Positions 1 to 13,457 of a stretch of DNA of 64,000 nucleotides are shown in pieces. Every line of letters begins with the position of its first letter. The stretch's first letter is position 1. The notes under the pieces are model-generated. The model had not been told where the DNA came from. It saw only the letters and a program-made list of their open reading frames with translations, and made no database searches. Position numbers and translations under genes: made by a program. The stretch comes from Octopus vulgaris (taxonomy: Eukaryota). Where the stretch lies: assembly GCA_951406725.2 (NCBI GenBank), contig OX597837.1, positions 4,402,001-4,466,000 on the forward strand, given 5' to 3'.

Positions 1-124
1 ACCCCTCGAAAAGATGAAAGGCAAAGTCGACCACAGCGGAATTTGAACTCAGAACATAAAGACAGACGAAATACCGCAAAGCAAAACGCCCGGCATGCTA
101 ACGTTTCTGTCAGCTCGCCGCCTT
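1..124 (-). mobile_element. tRNA-derived SINE family B (Meta-core-like), 5' part, cut by window edge
   Basis: Reverse complement of AAGGCGGCGAGCTG..AGAAACGTTAGCA..GTTCTGAGTTCAAATTCCGC..GGTCGACTTTGCCTTTCATC; same family as 5695, 7604, 11268, 32700 array and 46098. Confidence 0.85.
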
Positions 125-644
125 AAATCACATTATTAAATGAAAGATTAAGTATTTGTGAGTTCTAGACAAGCCATATTGCAAAAATACCTATGGCCAA
201 AAGTGTATAAATATTGAGTAGCCCTTTGTTTACGACAGTATATTAAGGGTTGCAGTAGTTTCAACACATAATATCTCTCTGTTTTGAAAACAAACAGGAA
301 ATGAAGCAATGTGGTTTGTAATAGTTATTAAGTGCATTTAATGGAAGCGGTTCAAACAGCCAAGATGTTCTGCACGTGACAATGCCGACTCAGAGTTAAC
401 TAAGGTTACATTAATTCCTTAATTCAGATTCCGAAGAGTAACCTGTTCTTATCTATTGACGTTAGCGACACACACACACACACACACCACACACACATAC
501 ACACATGCATATGTATATGTAATCTTTTGGACTAATGGCTATGTATCATTTAGGGAGTGAAGCAAAGCACGTTCACCTTATGGGCTGCCAAATCTATCTT
601 CCGTTTCCTTCATCAATTATACACGCGCACACACACTCACACAA

Positions 645-767
<123 letters not shown>

Positions 768-816
768 AAGGAAGAGAGAGTGATTGAGACAGGTACAAGT
801 ACAAACATTCATATAT

Positions 817-1162
817 GAGGAGGAGGAGGAGACCCCCTTTGGTCATGAATGACCATGGGATTGCACCTAGAAAATTCCCTTCCGAGGCACAAGTCCGGAC
901 AAGGTTGTTCTGTGTAAGGCCAGCAGTAGCTCATGCATACCAGCCTCCTCTCTCCCCATCACTGATGTTATCCAAGGGAAAGGCAAAGGGGCCGATACGG
1001 CTTAGTAGCAATGATGTCGCAACACATTTCTACAGCTGAGTGAACTGGAGCAACGTGAAATAAAGTGTCTTGCTCAAGAACACAACACCCAGTCCGGTCC
1101 AGGAATCGAACTGACAACCTTACAATCGTAAGCTCTACGCTCAAACCACTGAGCCATGCGCC
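817..1162 (-). mobile_element. tRNA(Arg)-like SINE with V-domain-like core and (CTC)n tail
   Basis: Minus strand GGCGCATGGCTCAGTGG (A box)..CTTACGAT..GTTCGATTCC (B box), then GTGTTCTTGAGCAAGACACTTT..GCTCCAGTTCACTCAGCTG; ends in a short simple-repeat tail. Confidence 0.75.
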
Positions 1163-2154
1163 TTCACAAACATACATACAGATATATATATATAAAATTT
1201 ATAATAATAGTCATAATAAACTCTAATTACAATAGAGGGCACACAATGTGCCTGCTTGCTAGAAAGAGAAGCCAAATCCTTAAGTAAACCACCGAATTAC
1301 ACTGAAATATCCAACTGTCAAACAGAAATCGGGCAAGTGAGTAATGATTATGAGAATCATAACAGAACAGAGCTGTGGAATGTAGAATTGGATATATTTG
1401 GATCAGGATTTCGAGTTGTGGCCCATTTTTGTTGGATTTAGCTTGAGGATTTAGCTTCTCTTTCCAGCAAGTAGGCGCATTTTGTGGCCTCTGAAACAAA
1501 TAAATAATATAAGAAAGAACCTGAACAATTCCTCTGACGGGTTCCCATAGTGCTTCCTTCTACCAAAATTCACGTAAATGTCTTTGGAGTACGGATGATC
1601 GAATCCCTATCGATCTAGCTGAGAGACCAACTTCTGTACATTCATAAAAGTATGATATTGAACGAAGACAATTATGAAGTACTATTGACTCGGTTATTAT
1701 TCTTTCTAATTAAAAACCCAGTGTTAATCAACTGTTCCGAGGAAAATACAACTTATTGTCGAATAAAGATTTGTTTAGTCCGATGTTATTGTCTTTCTTT
1801 TTCTTTTCTTTTATTTTGAATAATTAAAAAGGAGAATTCTTATGGCGTCACCAAAACATAAAATTTACAGCATAAATGAATATTTATATAATATCTCAGC
1901 GCAACTCAAAGGGGTGGGGGCGGCGAGGAAAAGAAAGAAAGTGAAACCCAGTATCATTCTTCAATACAAATGTCCTGTTAAGAAATGTAAATGAAGATGA
2001 CAAAGATATCATTTAACAGGAAGGAAAAAAGCAAACTAAACATTTAGATATAAATATTGAAAATAGCAATTGATTCTTATGATAGCTGAGTATTTTAGGA
2101 GTTTCTGTTTGACAATGGCGTATATTCTTAAGTGTATGTTGTGTTTTTATCATC

Positions 2155-2156
2155 AC

Positions 2157-2232
<76 letters not shown>

Positions 2233-2235
2233 GTC

Positions 2236-2266
<31 letters not shown>

Positions 2267-2267
2267 A

Positions 2268-2339
<72 letters not shown>

Positions 2340-2427
2340 CATTATTATTATCATCATCATCATTATCATCATCATCATTATTATTATTATTATTATTATC
2401 ATTATCATTGTTATTATTATTATTATA

Positions 2428-2465
<38 letters not shown>

Positions 2466-2604
2466 TACTATTATCATTATTATTATTATTATTATCACTA
2501 TTATTATCATTAATATTATTATTATCATTATTATTATTATTATTATTATCATTACCATTACCATTATTATTATTATTATCATTATTATTTTATTATTATT
2601 ATTA

Positions 2605-2636
<32 letters not shown>

Positions 2637-2687
2637 GTTATTATTATTATTATTATCATTATTATCATTATTATTATTATTAATAAT

Positions 2688-2726
<39 letters not shown>

Positions 2727-2756
2727 AATAATAATAATAATAATTATAATTATAAT
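2155..2756. repeat. Compound trinucleotide microsatellite (TTA/TCA)n switching to (TAA/CAA)n
   Basis: Directly visible; source of the poly-I/Y/L ORFs. Confidence 0.97.
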
Positions 2757-3087
2757 ACTTTTATATCAAGTGTTAATTTGCTGCTTGTATTAGCATTTAA
2801 TATGACAATATCAAACTGACAAAAATTGTAACAGAAAATTGCAGGAAGCGGTTATTTCAATAAGAATAACCAAAATAATAAAATGATTTCCAGCAATTTT
2901 TCCCAATTTAATACACATCCTTATATGGAAATAAGAAATGGCATATGAAATATTAATATTTCTTAAGAAGTTCTTGACAGAACTCTCTTTTATGTGATTT
3001 CACAGAATTCTCTTTTATGGAATTCGATTGTGGAGCAATGCTGTGATGGAGCACTGTCGCGAAGGACATTTAGTTGGACAAATCGCG

Positions 3088-3173
3088 CCTAGTACTTATT
3101 CTATCGAACCGCAAAGTTTACGGAGACGCAACACAGCAACAACGGTTGTCAAGCGGTGATGGGTGGACACCAA

Positions 3174-3218
<45 letters not shown>

Positions 3219-3441
3219 ACACACAACGAGCTTCTCTCAGCTTCTGTCTGTCAAATTTACTCACAAGGGTTTGGTCGGTCCGACGCAATAGACACTTGGC
3301 CAAGGTGCCACATAGTGGGATTGAACCTGGAACCATGTGGTTGGGCCATGTGTAGTATCCTGCACTCTTAACAATGAGCACTACGTCATATACCCGTAAG
3401 CAATTATGGAGCGAAATTTAGCCCTAAAATTCACACACTCA

Positions 3442-3478
<37 letters not shown>

Positions 3479-3605
3479 GTCTATACGGTATTCCATAGAG
3501 TTTCCGTCTACCAAATTCACGTAGAAGGCAATAGTTGGCCCGGTGCTAAAGAGGAAGACACTTGCCAAAGATTCCATGCATTGGGGCTGAACCCCAAATC
3601 ACGTG
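3088..3605 (-). repeat. Composite of two decayed SINE-A pieces plus a unique linker; inverted copy at ~8108-8632
   Basis: GGCCATGTGTAGTATCC..CCCGTAAGCAATTATGGAG..TTTAGCCCTAAAATTCACAC recurs reverse-complemented at 8315-8406 with the same flanking SINE pieces. Confidence 0.8.
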
Positions 3606-3629
3606 CCGTGACCGCGTGTGTACCGCTGG

Positions 3630-3809
3630 CGATTTTTTCCTTTGTCTTCCCTTCTCTGGATCTTTCCTTCTCCTATGTTTCCGACGAAGAGCTCTGCTCG
3701 AAACGTTAAACCCTCCTTTTTTCCTTCTTTCCTGAGCGTCCAATAACACTATATTTGTTCCACGTCCACGCGTTGTTGTGTTTTTTTTTGTGCTTTCATG
3801 TTTGGATTA

Positions 3810-3812
<3 letters not shown>
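3630..3812 (+). mobile_element. Penelope-like pLTR-type fragment, family E, abutting (TA)n
   Basis: GAAGAGC..GCTCGAAACGT..TTCCTGAGCGT block shared with 22945-23097 and 55570-55730; 3' part also at 36473-36550; all end at TA-repeat sequence. Confidence 0.6.
3677..3711 (+). ncRNA. Minimal type I hammerhead-ribozyme-like motif (family E)
   Basis: gttt CCGACGA A GAGC tct GCTC GAAA CG TT aaac: 4-bp stem I, 4-bp stem II, palindromic ACGT stem III; U4->C core variant. Confidence 0.6.
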
Positions 3813-3888
<76 letters not shown>

Positions 3889-3891
<3 letters not shown>

Positions 3892-4357
3892 ATATTTCGG
3901 AATGGTCATTTTGCCAGTTTAGCCAATAAAAACACACGCACTATATATTTGGTGTTACTTTGCTTCAGTGTTATTTATTTTTTTACATTAATCTTAATCT
4001 TATTTCGGCCAGAGTTCTTTCGTCACACTCCTGTGACCGCATCAGTGGTCCTTTGTTTTCTTCTTACTTATTTGTGTCTCTCCTTACTAACCGTCAGCCA
4101 TTTTGTATTTCTATTGTATGTCTTCATTTGCACATGCTTATATCTCTATGTGCGTTTATGTTTATTTAGTGTGTGTGTGGGGGGGATGCCTGTAATATTT
4201 GTATCTTCTGTTTATATATGTTCATGTAATTTGTAATTCTATATGTTCATGTAATATGTATTTTGTATTTTGTATTGGCTAAACTGGCAAAATAACAATT
4301 CCGAAATATAACAATATCTGTTTCAACACACCACTTCACATAAAAATCTTGCACAAC
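3889..4357. mobile_element. Penelope-like non-autonomous element family D with partially inverted end
   Basis: GTTATATTTCGGAATGGTCATTTTGCCAGTTTAGCCAATA recurs inverted at ~4272-4312; further copies at 17018, 35954, 43360 and 55355, all next to TA-repeat sequence. Confidence 0.7.
4007..4051 (-). ncRNA. Hammerhead-like motif (family D)
   Basis: Minus strand ggacca CTGATGC G GTCACA ggag TGTGAC GAAA GAAC TC tggcc; 6-bp stem II; A9->C variant. Confidence 0.5.
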
Positions 4358-5290
4358 ATGCGTGTATATGTACATGTAGAGGTAGGTACGTACATATATG
4401 TTTATATATATGCATATGTTTTATTTCATTTATTAATATATTATATAACAAAACGCACGCACCCCCTTAAGTAAGATTGTTCTGTATATCAAGTTTTGGT
4501 CTTGATATTAACTCTGACGCGCACTCTTCACCTTTCTGTCCCATCCCTATTCTTTGATTTTCTTTTTCCTCTACTTAACTTGTCTCTTCCTCTCTCTCTC
4601 ATTCTTCACTCTCTCTCCCCCTCACCATTCTTCATGGTTTCCTCGCAGCCATTCCCCTTCTTCTCTCCCTTCCTCTTGCTCCTCCTCCCCCCTTCCCGTC
4701 GTCCACCCGCGACGATACTTCCGCTCTGACTGTCTTTCTGGCCTGGCCTTTCAAGGTAACTGGACGACATTCTTCCTGCTCCCCTGTCGTTCACAAAAAA
4801 TTCTGCGTTTGCAATACTTTTTTCGTTCGGCGTCAACAGCCCTTCTTATCTTGTTTTTCCCTGTCCTTTCTTTTACTGTTTATATTTTTGTACTGTCGTT
4901 ACTGTCCTGTTTTTTTACCATTTTTTTACCATTTTTTACCCCTCTGCGAAAAGATCTCAGAATTTTAATTGATTTGCTTTTCGCAGGAAGGAAAGTTTCT
5001 TGTCGAATATACGTCTCGCTTTTATCCTTCGAAACGTAGAGTAGATGAAACCATAGCGACTGAAGAAGGTTTTTTTTTTTCTTTGTGTTAATTGTCCTGT
5101 ACTCCATTTTTTGTTGTTTTTAAAAAAAATGTCCAGTTCCTTTGGTTTGTGTCTATGTTTTCGTTTCTCTTTGTGTTCGACGTCCCTTTGGTGTCCAGTA
5201 CTCATATATGCGTGTATATGTACATGTAGAGGTAGGTACGTACATATATGTTTATATATATGCATATGTTTTATTTCATTTATTAATATA
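4358..5290 (+). mobile_element. Element bounded by exact 83-bp direct repeats (pLTR-like)
   Basis: ATGCGTGTATATGTACATGTAGAGGTAGGTACG..CATTTATTAATATA at 4358-4440 and 5208-5290; diverged relative on the minus strand at 26030-26590. Confidence 0.6.
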
Positions 5291-5422
5291 TATATATATA
5301 TATGGCCACAGTCACATGACTGAAACAAGTAAAAGAGTAAAAGAGTATATATATATATTTCTGACATGCTATGTCTCTCTTTCACTGTTTCTCTCTGTAT
5401 ATATACACAATATAATACAATA

Positions 5423-5485
<63 letters not shown>

Positions 5486-5523
5486 TATATATGGGGAGAG
5501 AAACTGATAGTGAGTGAGTGACT

Positions 5524-5554
<31 letters not shown>

Positions 5555-5694
5555 CGACGACGACTTAAATGTGTGAAACTTTGAAGTCACTGTCAATTCT
5601 ATTCTTGTTAATTCTATCAAATATATTAAATAATGCTTCAATTTAATGTGAAATTATTTTTATTATTACAGAAAAACAAGCATCAATATATAAA

Positions 5695-5920
5695 GGGCGG
5701 CGAGCTGGCAGAAACGTTATCACGCCGGGCGAAATGCTTAGCGGTATTTCGTCTGTCGTTACGTTCTGAGTTCAAATTCTGCCGAGGTCGACTTTGTCTT
5801 TCATCCTTTCGGGGTCGATAAATTAAGTACCAGTTTCGCACTGGGGTCGATATAATCGACTTAAATTCGATTGTCTGTCCTTGTTTGACCCCTCTATGTT
5901 TAGCCTCTTGTGGGCAATAA
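5695..5920 (+). mobile_element. SINE family B, near full length
   Basis: GGCGGCGAGCTGGCAGAAACG head, GTTCAAATT B box, TTTCATCCTTTCGGGGTCGATAAATTAAGTACCAG core. Confidence 0.9.
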
Positions 5921-6335
5921 AAAAAAAATATATATATAGATAGATAGATATATATCAATATATGTGTGTACGAGTATACATACTTACATACATACAAACA
6001 CACACACAACACAAAACACAACACACACACACACACACACACACCAACACACATGTTTTTTATATGTAAATTGCAGGCAAATTCTAGCCGTGAAGTCAGC
6101 TATTTTTCTGAAGCTTTGACATTTCAGCGACATCAAATTATGTCAGTATTATTTCAAAAAGAAAAAAAAAGCAATAAATTCCATATTTACATTCAGTTTC
6201 GTCATTCTCTGTTGTTGTTGTTGCTGCCTTTGTTGTTGTTCTCGGTGGTAGTTGCAGCGGGTTTTTTGTTCTTGTTATTTTGCCCCAAACACGGGTAGTT
6301 TCGCCAAAAACTTGAACGAATCAAATCAGATCATA

Positions 6336-6493
6336 GGCACAGGAGTGGCTGTGTGGTAAGCAGCTTGCTAACCAACCACATGGTTCCGGGTTCAGTCCCA
6401 CTGCGTGGCATCTTGGGCATCTTCTGCTATAGCCTCGGGCCGACCAAAGCCTTGTGAGTGGATTTGGTAGACGGAAACTGAAAGAAGCTTGTC

Positions 6494-6535
<42 letters not shown>

Positions 6536-6775
6536 CGTGTGTATATGTTTGTGTGCCTGTGTTTGTACCTCTAGCATTGCTTGACAACCGATGCTGGTGT
6601 GTTTACGTCCCCGTAACTTAGCGGTTTGGCAAAAGAGATCGATAGGATAAGTACTGGGCTTGCAAAGAATAAGTCCTGGGCTTGCAAAGAATAAGTCCTG
6701 GGGTCGATTTGCTCGACTAAAGGCGGTGCTCCAGCATGGCCGCACTCAAATGACTGAAACAAGTAAAAGAGAGAA
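6336..6775 (+). mobile_element. tRNA-derived SINE family A, full length
   Basis: GGCACAGGAGTGGCTGTGTGG (A box)..GGTTCAGTCCC (B box)..CTTGGGCA core, internal (TA/TG)n, GAAACAAGTAAAAGAG tail; more than 12 copies in the window. Confidence 0.92.
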
Positions 6776-6949
6776 AGAGAAATGCTTTACATTATTATGC
6801 CTTCCGTCTAAGGAGACGAGCTGCCGGAATGAGCAAAATTTCCTCAAGGCGGTGCTCCAGCATGGTCGCAGTCTCGTGACTGAAACAAGTAAGAGAAAAA
6901 AGATAAACAAAAAAAAAAGGAAGAAATTTCTTGAATAATTTTTATCACT

Positions 6950-7315
6950 ACTCTTTTTTACTCTTACTTGTTTCAGTCATTTGACTGCGGCCATGCTGGA
7001 GCACCGCCTTTAATCGAGCAATTCGACCCCGGGACTTATTCTTTTGTAAGCCCAGTACTTATTCTATCGGGGTCTTTTACCGAACCGCTAAGCAATGCTA
7101 GGGAGACAAACACAGACACACAAACACATACGCACATATATATACATATATACGACGGGCTTCTTTCAGTTTCCGTCTACCAAATCCACTCACAAGGGTT
7201 TGGTCGATCCGAGGTTATAGTAGAAGACACTTGCCCAAGGTGCCACGGAGTGGGACTGAACCCGAAGCCATGTGGTTGGTAGAGAAGCTACTTACCACAC
7301 AGCCACTCCTGCGCC
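6950..7315 (-). mobile_element. SINE family A with internal deletion
   Basis: Reverse complement of family A; tail-to-tail with the 6336 copy. Confidence 0.9.
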
Positions 7316-7603
7316 TATTCCAACTAAATTATGTTTGTCATGATGGAATCTACCTCGAGTTGTTTTACCATTCCGTGGCACAACGAGGCTTTCCGTTAAC
7401 TTGATATCAATGCCAACGGCGTTCACGACGTCGTTTGAGTCCTCCATTTTAAGCTGAAATTCTCAGTCGAAGTAAAGGGCTGAACTGAACTTTCGTATCA
7501 TTGTACAAATGCTTCAAAAGAAACGGTACTAACTGGCAATGAAGCTTTTCAATGAAAGCGGATACAAATCCTTTACATAAATTAAAAGTAATTTATCAGA
7601 CGT

Positions 7604-8087
7604 AAGGCAGCGAGTTGGCAGAATCGTTAGCACGTTGGACGAAATGCGTAGCCGTATTTCGTCTGCCGTTAAGTTCAGAGTTCCAATTCTGCCGAGGTCG
7701 ACTTTGCCTTTCATCCTTTAGGGGTCGATAAATTAAGTACCAGTTACGCACTAGGGTCAATGTAATCGACTTGATACCTATTTCTGTCCTTGTTTGTCCC
7801 CTCTATGTTTAGCCCCTTGTGGGTAATAAAGAAATAGGTATTTCGTCCGTCTTTACGGACGAAATGCTACCGAGGTCGACTTTGTCTTTCGCCCTTTCGC
7901 TTTAAGTCCACCCTGCCCCATAAAATTGCTGATCTTGTGCCAAAATTTGAAGCCAATATATCAGAGATGTAAAAGCAGCGAACTGGCAGAAAACAACGGT
8001 CAGCTCGCAGAATCGTTAGGACTCCGGGTAAAATGTTTAGCGGCATTTCGTCCGTCTTTACGTTCTGAGTTCAAATTCCACCGGGGT
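7604..8087 (+). mobile_element. SINE family B plus tandem partial copies
   Basis: Family B head and core, followed by restarted partial units. Confidence 0.8.
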
Positions 8088-8234
8088 TAAGTAGTTCGCT
8101 TCGCAACCACGTGATTTGGGGTTCAGCCCCAATACATAGAATCTTGGGCAAGTGTCTTCCTCTTTAGCACCGGGCCAACTATTGCCTTCTACGTGAGTTT
8201 GGTAGAAGGAAACTCTATGGAATACCGTACAGAC

Positions 8235-8267
<33 letters not shown>

Positions 8268-9032
8268 TGTGTTTGTGTGTGTGAGAGAGAGAGATAGTGA
8301 GTGTGTGTGTGAGTGTGTGAATTTTAGGGCTAAAATTAACTCCATAATTGCTTACGGGCATATGGAGTAGTGCTCATGGTTAAGAATGCGGGATACTACA
8401 CATGGCCCAACCACATGGTTCCAGGTTCAATCCAACTGTGTGGCACCTTGGCCAAGTGTCTATTCCCTCGGGCCGACCAAACCCTTGTGAGTGGATTTGA
8501 CAGACAGAGGCTGAGAGAAGCTCGTCGTGTATGTGTGTGTGTGTATGTGCGTTTGTGTCCTCCCATCACCGCTTGACAACCGTTGTTGCTGTGTTGCGTC
8601 TCCGTAAACTTAGCGGTTCGATAGAATAAGTACTTTTTCTTTCGTTGTCGACAAGGGGATCGATGTGATCGACTTGCCCCGTATTGCTGGACTTGTGCTA
8701 AAATTTGAAACCAATATGTTAGAGACGTAAAATACACACACTTGGAAATAACTGTTTATCAAAGCCGATTGCTTTACAGAAATGACACCCTTCTATTCTG
8801 AAGTATCATCAGTGGCGAAGAAAATTTCTTTCTTTGCAATCGTATGGTTGAACGCATCAGAAGGCTTTCAAAAGTTTCATAAATCTTCTCAGAAATTTCC
8901 CCAAAATGAACAGCTTAAAATGTGTTCAATTCAATAATATCTAAAAAAATTTTTATCATGACAAGAAGAGATAAAACAGCAGACGTCCTCCTAATGGTTT
9001 TGAAGCATATATTGAAGGCATATTTTGAAGGT

Positions 9033-9330
9033 GGAGGCGCAATGGCCCAGTGGTTAGGGCAGCGGACTCGCGGTTGTAGGATCGCGGCTTCGATTCCCAA
9101 ACCGGGCGTTGTGAGTGTTTATTGAGCGAAAACACTTAAAAGCTCCATGAGGCTCCGATAAGGTGTAGTGGTGATCCTTGCCATACTCTTTCGCCACAAC
9201 TTTCTCTCACTCTTTCTTCTGTTGGCATGCTCGCTTAGCCAGCGAGGTGGCGTCACTGAAGGCTAAAACAATGCGAAGTGCATTGTGACAAACGGTGTGT
9301 AGCAAAATCTGATGGCCTGGTCGTATATTG
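9033..9330 (+). mobile_element. tRNA(Arg)-derived SINE family C
   Basis: GGCGCAATGGCCCAGTGGTTAGGGCAGCGGACTCGCGG..TTCGATTCCC (TCG anticodon-like); related copy at 53745. Confidence 0.8.
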
Positions 9331-10460
9331 AAGGTAAACGCAGTAGCGTACGCAAATAACCTTCACCAGTATTATTATTTTTTTATAAGTGGTAAATCCC
9401 AAGGTATCCTTCTGCCATTGAGTTACCAGTCTCAGCTTCGTTGGTTTATACTTTCGTCTGGAATCATTATTTTCTTTAAAATAAGACAACTCAAATTTAT
9501 AAAATTATTTCACCTTTGGTATCTGTCTCATAGTCTCAAGCAAAATAAATTTTCTCCAGGCGCTGATTATCTCCTCAAAATCCAACACAAATCATCAGAA
9601 GGGTTTCATTATCCCTTAAAATGAGCTAATGGATTTGCACAGCAAATTACTTCACTACACGAATCGTTCTTTTTTGTTTTTTGTTTTTTCGTTTCTTCTC
9701 TCGTTTTATCGATACTTCTTGACACTGATGCGTTGCTCGGCGTAATTACTAGTTTTATGTGCATTCGGTGTCTTGACAGTTTTGAAATCATGGCAGACGC
9801 TGCAGGCGAAATTAAACTTTCTCCGTTATATTACTAGTCTTGTCATATTACGCAAATATCTAGGGAACCTCATAAAATACAAATAAACCTTCGATGACTT
9901 TAGTTGATTTGCTCAATGTTTAATTCCATGTTTTCCTTGCTCGGAAATCATCAAATCATCACTTGTGTTTTATTTTTTTTTACAAATACTCTGGTGATTT
10001 TTTGTACTTCTTTTGATAGCGTCCAAAATATTTCACATCTTGCTTGTGGTTGACCGCCATTTCAAAACAGAGCCATATTTATCAGCGGCAATGTTTTTCA
10101 AATATTTTCTGCAGCTGGATTAAAACCGCAGGCCAAGATATCTTCCGAAATATTGCTCATGTTTATATTACAACATTATAGACATAAACAATTTGGAATA
10201 ATAAATAAAACAATTTAATATTATCAATCTACATTAATTATTAACGGTATAGCAAAAAATATTACTTGATTCTTTATACGAATAGTTATGAATATAATAT
10301 GTAACATTACATTAGTCATTACATACATACATGCAAGCAGACAGAGAGACAAGTGGACAGAGGGACAGAAAGACAGACGTGTATGCATTCACCACCACCA
10401 CGACCACCACCGCCGCCGCCGTCAACATCATCATCATCATCATCATCATCTTTATTATCA

Positions 10461-10522
<62 letters not shown>

Positions 10523-10897
10523 GAGTGAGAGAGCAGTGCATGCCATCAAAGTGACACAGGGGTAAAATATACGAAGCCCAGTATACCCATCATGACCACC
10601 CGTCTGATAAGGGTACACTAGGCACATGCATCACAACCATATGTGCGCGACATGGTGATCTCATATCAAGATAAACTGCACATGACCTTGCAGGTGGGGC
10701 CCAGTTAGAATTTCTTCTGGTTGAGTAACCCATCCCGCTCAAAAGGTCCCCGAATAAGGGTTGTTTAAGGATGTTGAAAGAAACCACTCATGTTTCCAGA
10801 GGTGAATTATTCAAACCCCAAAGAATCCCTCTCAACACATGGCTATGATGCTCCCCCACTACTTCTGCTCGTGATCAGATCTGCATATATCGTCAGC
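10523..10897. mobile_element. (TTA/TAA)n-associated retroposon, truncated copy
   Basis: Highly similar to 56601-56969; both start directly after a long (ATT)n tract. Confidence 0.8.
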
Positions 10898-10960
10898 TGT
10901 TCACTACCAGTGAACTAAGATAACACCCCTTATATGCATATGTATATCTATGCATATGTG

Positions 10961-11017
<57 letters not shown>

Positions 11018-11026
11018 GTGTGTGTA

Positions 11027-11247
11027 TACGAGGTGGTGCTAAAATGTTTTGGCTTAGGGTAAAAGGAAGTACAGGAGGGTCAGCCAATTATGATTTAATT
11101 CAATATTTTTCGAAACCAGATTCACATACTTAATGCAGCGTTCCTTCAATTTTTTCTGAGCCCTTTAAGAGAACTTTATAGGTTGGGATTCCAACCAGGC
11201 CTTTTGCGATACTCTTAAAACCAGAAACTCCCTAACGTCCTCTCGTA
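11027..11247. mobile_element. Tc1/mariner-type MITE
   Basis: TA-CGAGG...CTCG-TA termini; internal sequence shared with 53138-54104. Confidence 0.6.
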
Positions 11248-11267
11248 TATATATATATATATATATA

Positions 11268-11617
<350 letters not shown>

Positions 11618-12389
11618 ATTAATAATTTTCAGCGTAATCTTGAATTAACACAAAAAATAATTTTAGCATTCTTCTTGTTCTAATCTTTTCGGACAACGTT
11701 TTGAAATTTGAAACCTTTTCACCTATAAAGATATGAAATGCCAAGTAGGAAAACAAGTAAGAAAAACAATGGAACTCATCTGACAACCAAATAAATATAA
11801 GGTTACGTTGTCTTAATTTCATCTCTAAATATCTCTTACGAATATCTGGTCTTTGCTAGCCATTCTTATCGCGCAGAATATCAGGCCGTATCAAATGTTA
11901 TATGCATTTTGGTGGCTTCTTCAGCATCCTCATAGAAAACGACGTTGATGTTATTCTCATAGACACAGAGCAAGAAGCTTTAGGTCTATCAAAGCCAATG
12001 AGAAAGAAAGAGAGAGTGAGAGAGAGAAGAGGGAGGGAAAGAAAGAGATTCCTGGCGTTGCATTGTGGGAAGCATCGCAGTCGCATGAGGAGACGAATAC
12101 CTGAATTTGATTCTACTGTCTTGGTTAAACGAAGCGATAGCTTATTTACTTTAATAAGTAGTGAAACAACAATATAGTGAAATGAGGATGTAGAATTGAA
12201 ATAATACTTTAAGTTAAAAGAAAAATATAACTAAAAAGTGAATGATCGGAGGTTAAAGACTAACTTTATAACGACTACTGTTGCATTTCTGTGCACGCCA
12301 CGCCTTTCATGCTACAGATGAGGATGACCATTTCGATTTTACTAACTTTAAGTTTCCAGATATACCTTGAGATAAGTGCAGTGTTTCTT

Positions 12390-12789
12390 CTCTCTTTTAC
12401 TCTTTTACTTGTTTCAGTCATTTGACTGTGGCCATGTTGGAGCACCGCCCTTTAGTCGAACAAATCGACCGCAGGAATTATTCTTGGGAAGCCTAGTATT
12501 CATTCTATCGAGGTCTTTTGCCGAACCGCTAAGTTACGGGGACGTAAACACACCAGCATCGGTTGTTGGGACAAACACAGACAAACAAACATATACACAC
12601 ATACACACATATATACACATATATAGGATGGGCTTCTTTCAGTTTCCGTCTACCAAATCCACTCACAAGGCTTTGGTCGGCCCGAGGCTATAGTAGAAGA
12701 CACTTGCCCAAGGTGCCACGCAGTGGACTGAACCCGGAACACAAAGTGGTTGGTAAGCAAGCTACTTATCACACAGCCACTCCTGCGCC
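12390..12789 (-). mobile_element. SINE family A
   Basis: Reverse complement of family A. Confidence 0.9.
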
Positions 12790-13416
12790 TGGAATGTAAG
12801 ACGATGTTGATTAAGAAACGACTCGAAATGGTCTACTTACTGTTAAGAAAGTCTCTAACATTCTCGTAATCGAAAGCACACTTATATTTCTAGTATGCTG
12901 AAATTACTTAAATATATTTAATTACAAGTATGAAAGGAATAGAGCAGACATTCTAATCCTGGTATTCAATCGAAATTTTGTGTTTCAGGAATTGGATTAC
13001 AATTGTGTGTGTTCTTGTATCTTTCTTGATTGTAGAAGACAGTAATTAAGATTTTGTTAATAGGGAAGCAAAAAAAAAAAAAAGATTAATTCATAGCTAA
13101 TCTGTTAACCAGCCACATCTACATAACTTTTACGTTTTCCGATTTTATTTGTTTCAGGTATTAGATTGCGACCTTGCTGGAGCATTGCCTTGCAGGGTTT
13201 TAGTCGAAAAAACAAAACAAATTTCTGCTCTTAGGTTATCTGCTTACTCTATCGCTCTCCTTTGCCCAACCGATAGGAAACGGGATATGAACAAACCAGC
13301 ACCGGGTGTCAAGCGGTGGTTGCTGACACACAAAAATTCACACACGCACACACACACACACATACGCACGCACACACACACACACACACACATACACACA
13401 CACACACGCATACACA

Positions 13417-13457
<41 letters not shown>

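Noticed and set aside
5025-5072. Type II (permuted) hammerhead CCTTC-GAAA..CTGAAGA-AGG, echoed at 26248-26295
   Set aside because: I could not form stem I in either copy; not called without a consensus
9033-9105. Functional tRNA-Arg gene (and other tRNA-like heads)
   Set aside because: No proper acceptor stem or terminator; runs into a multi-copy SINE body
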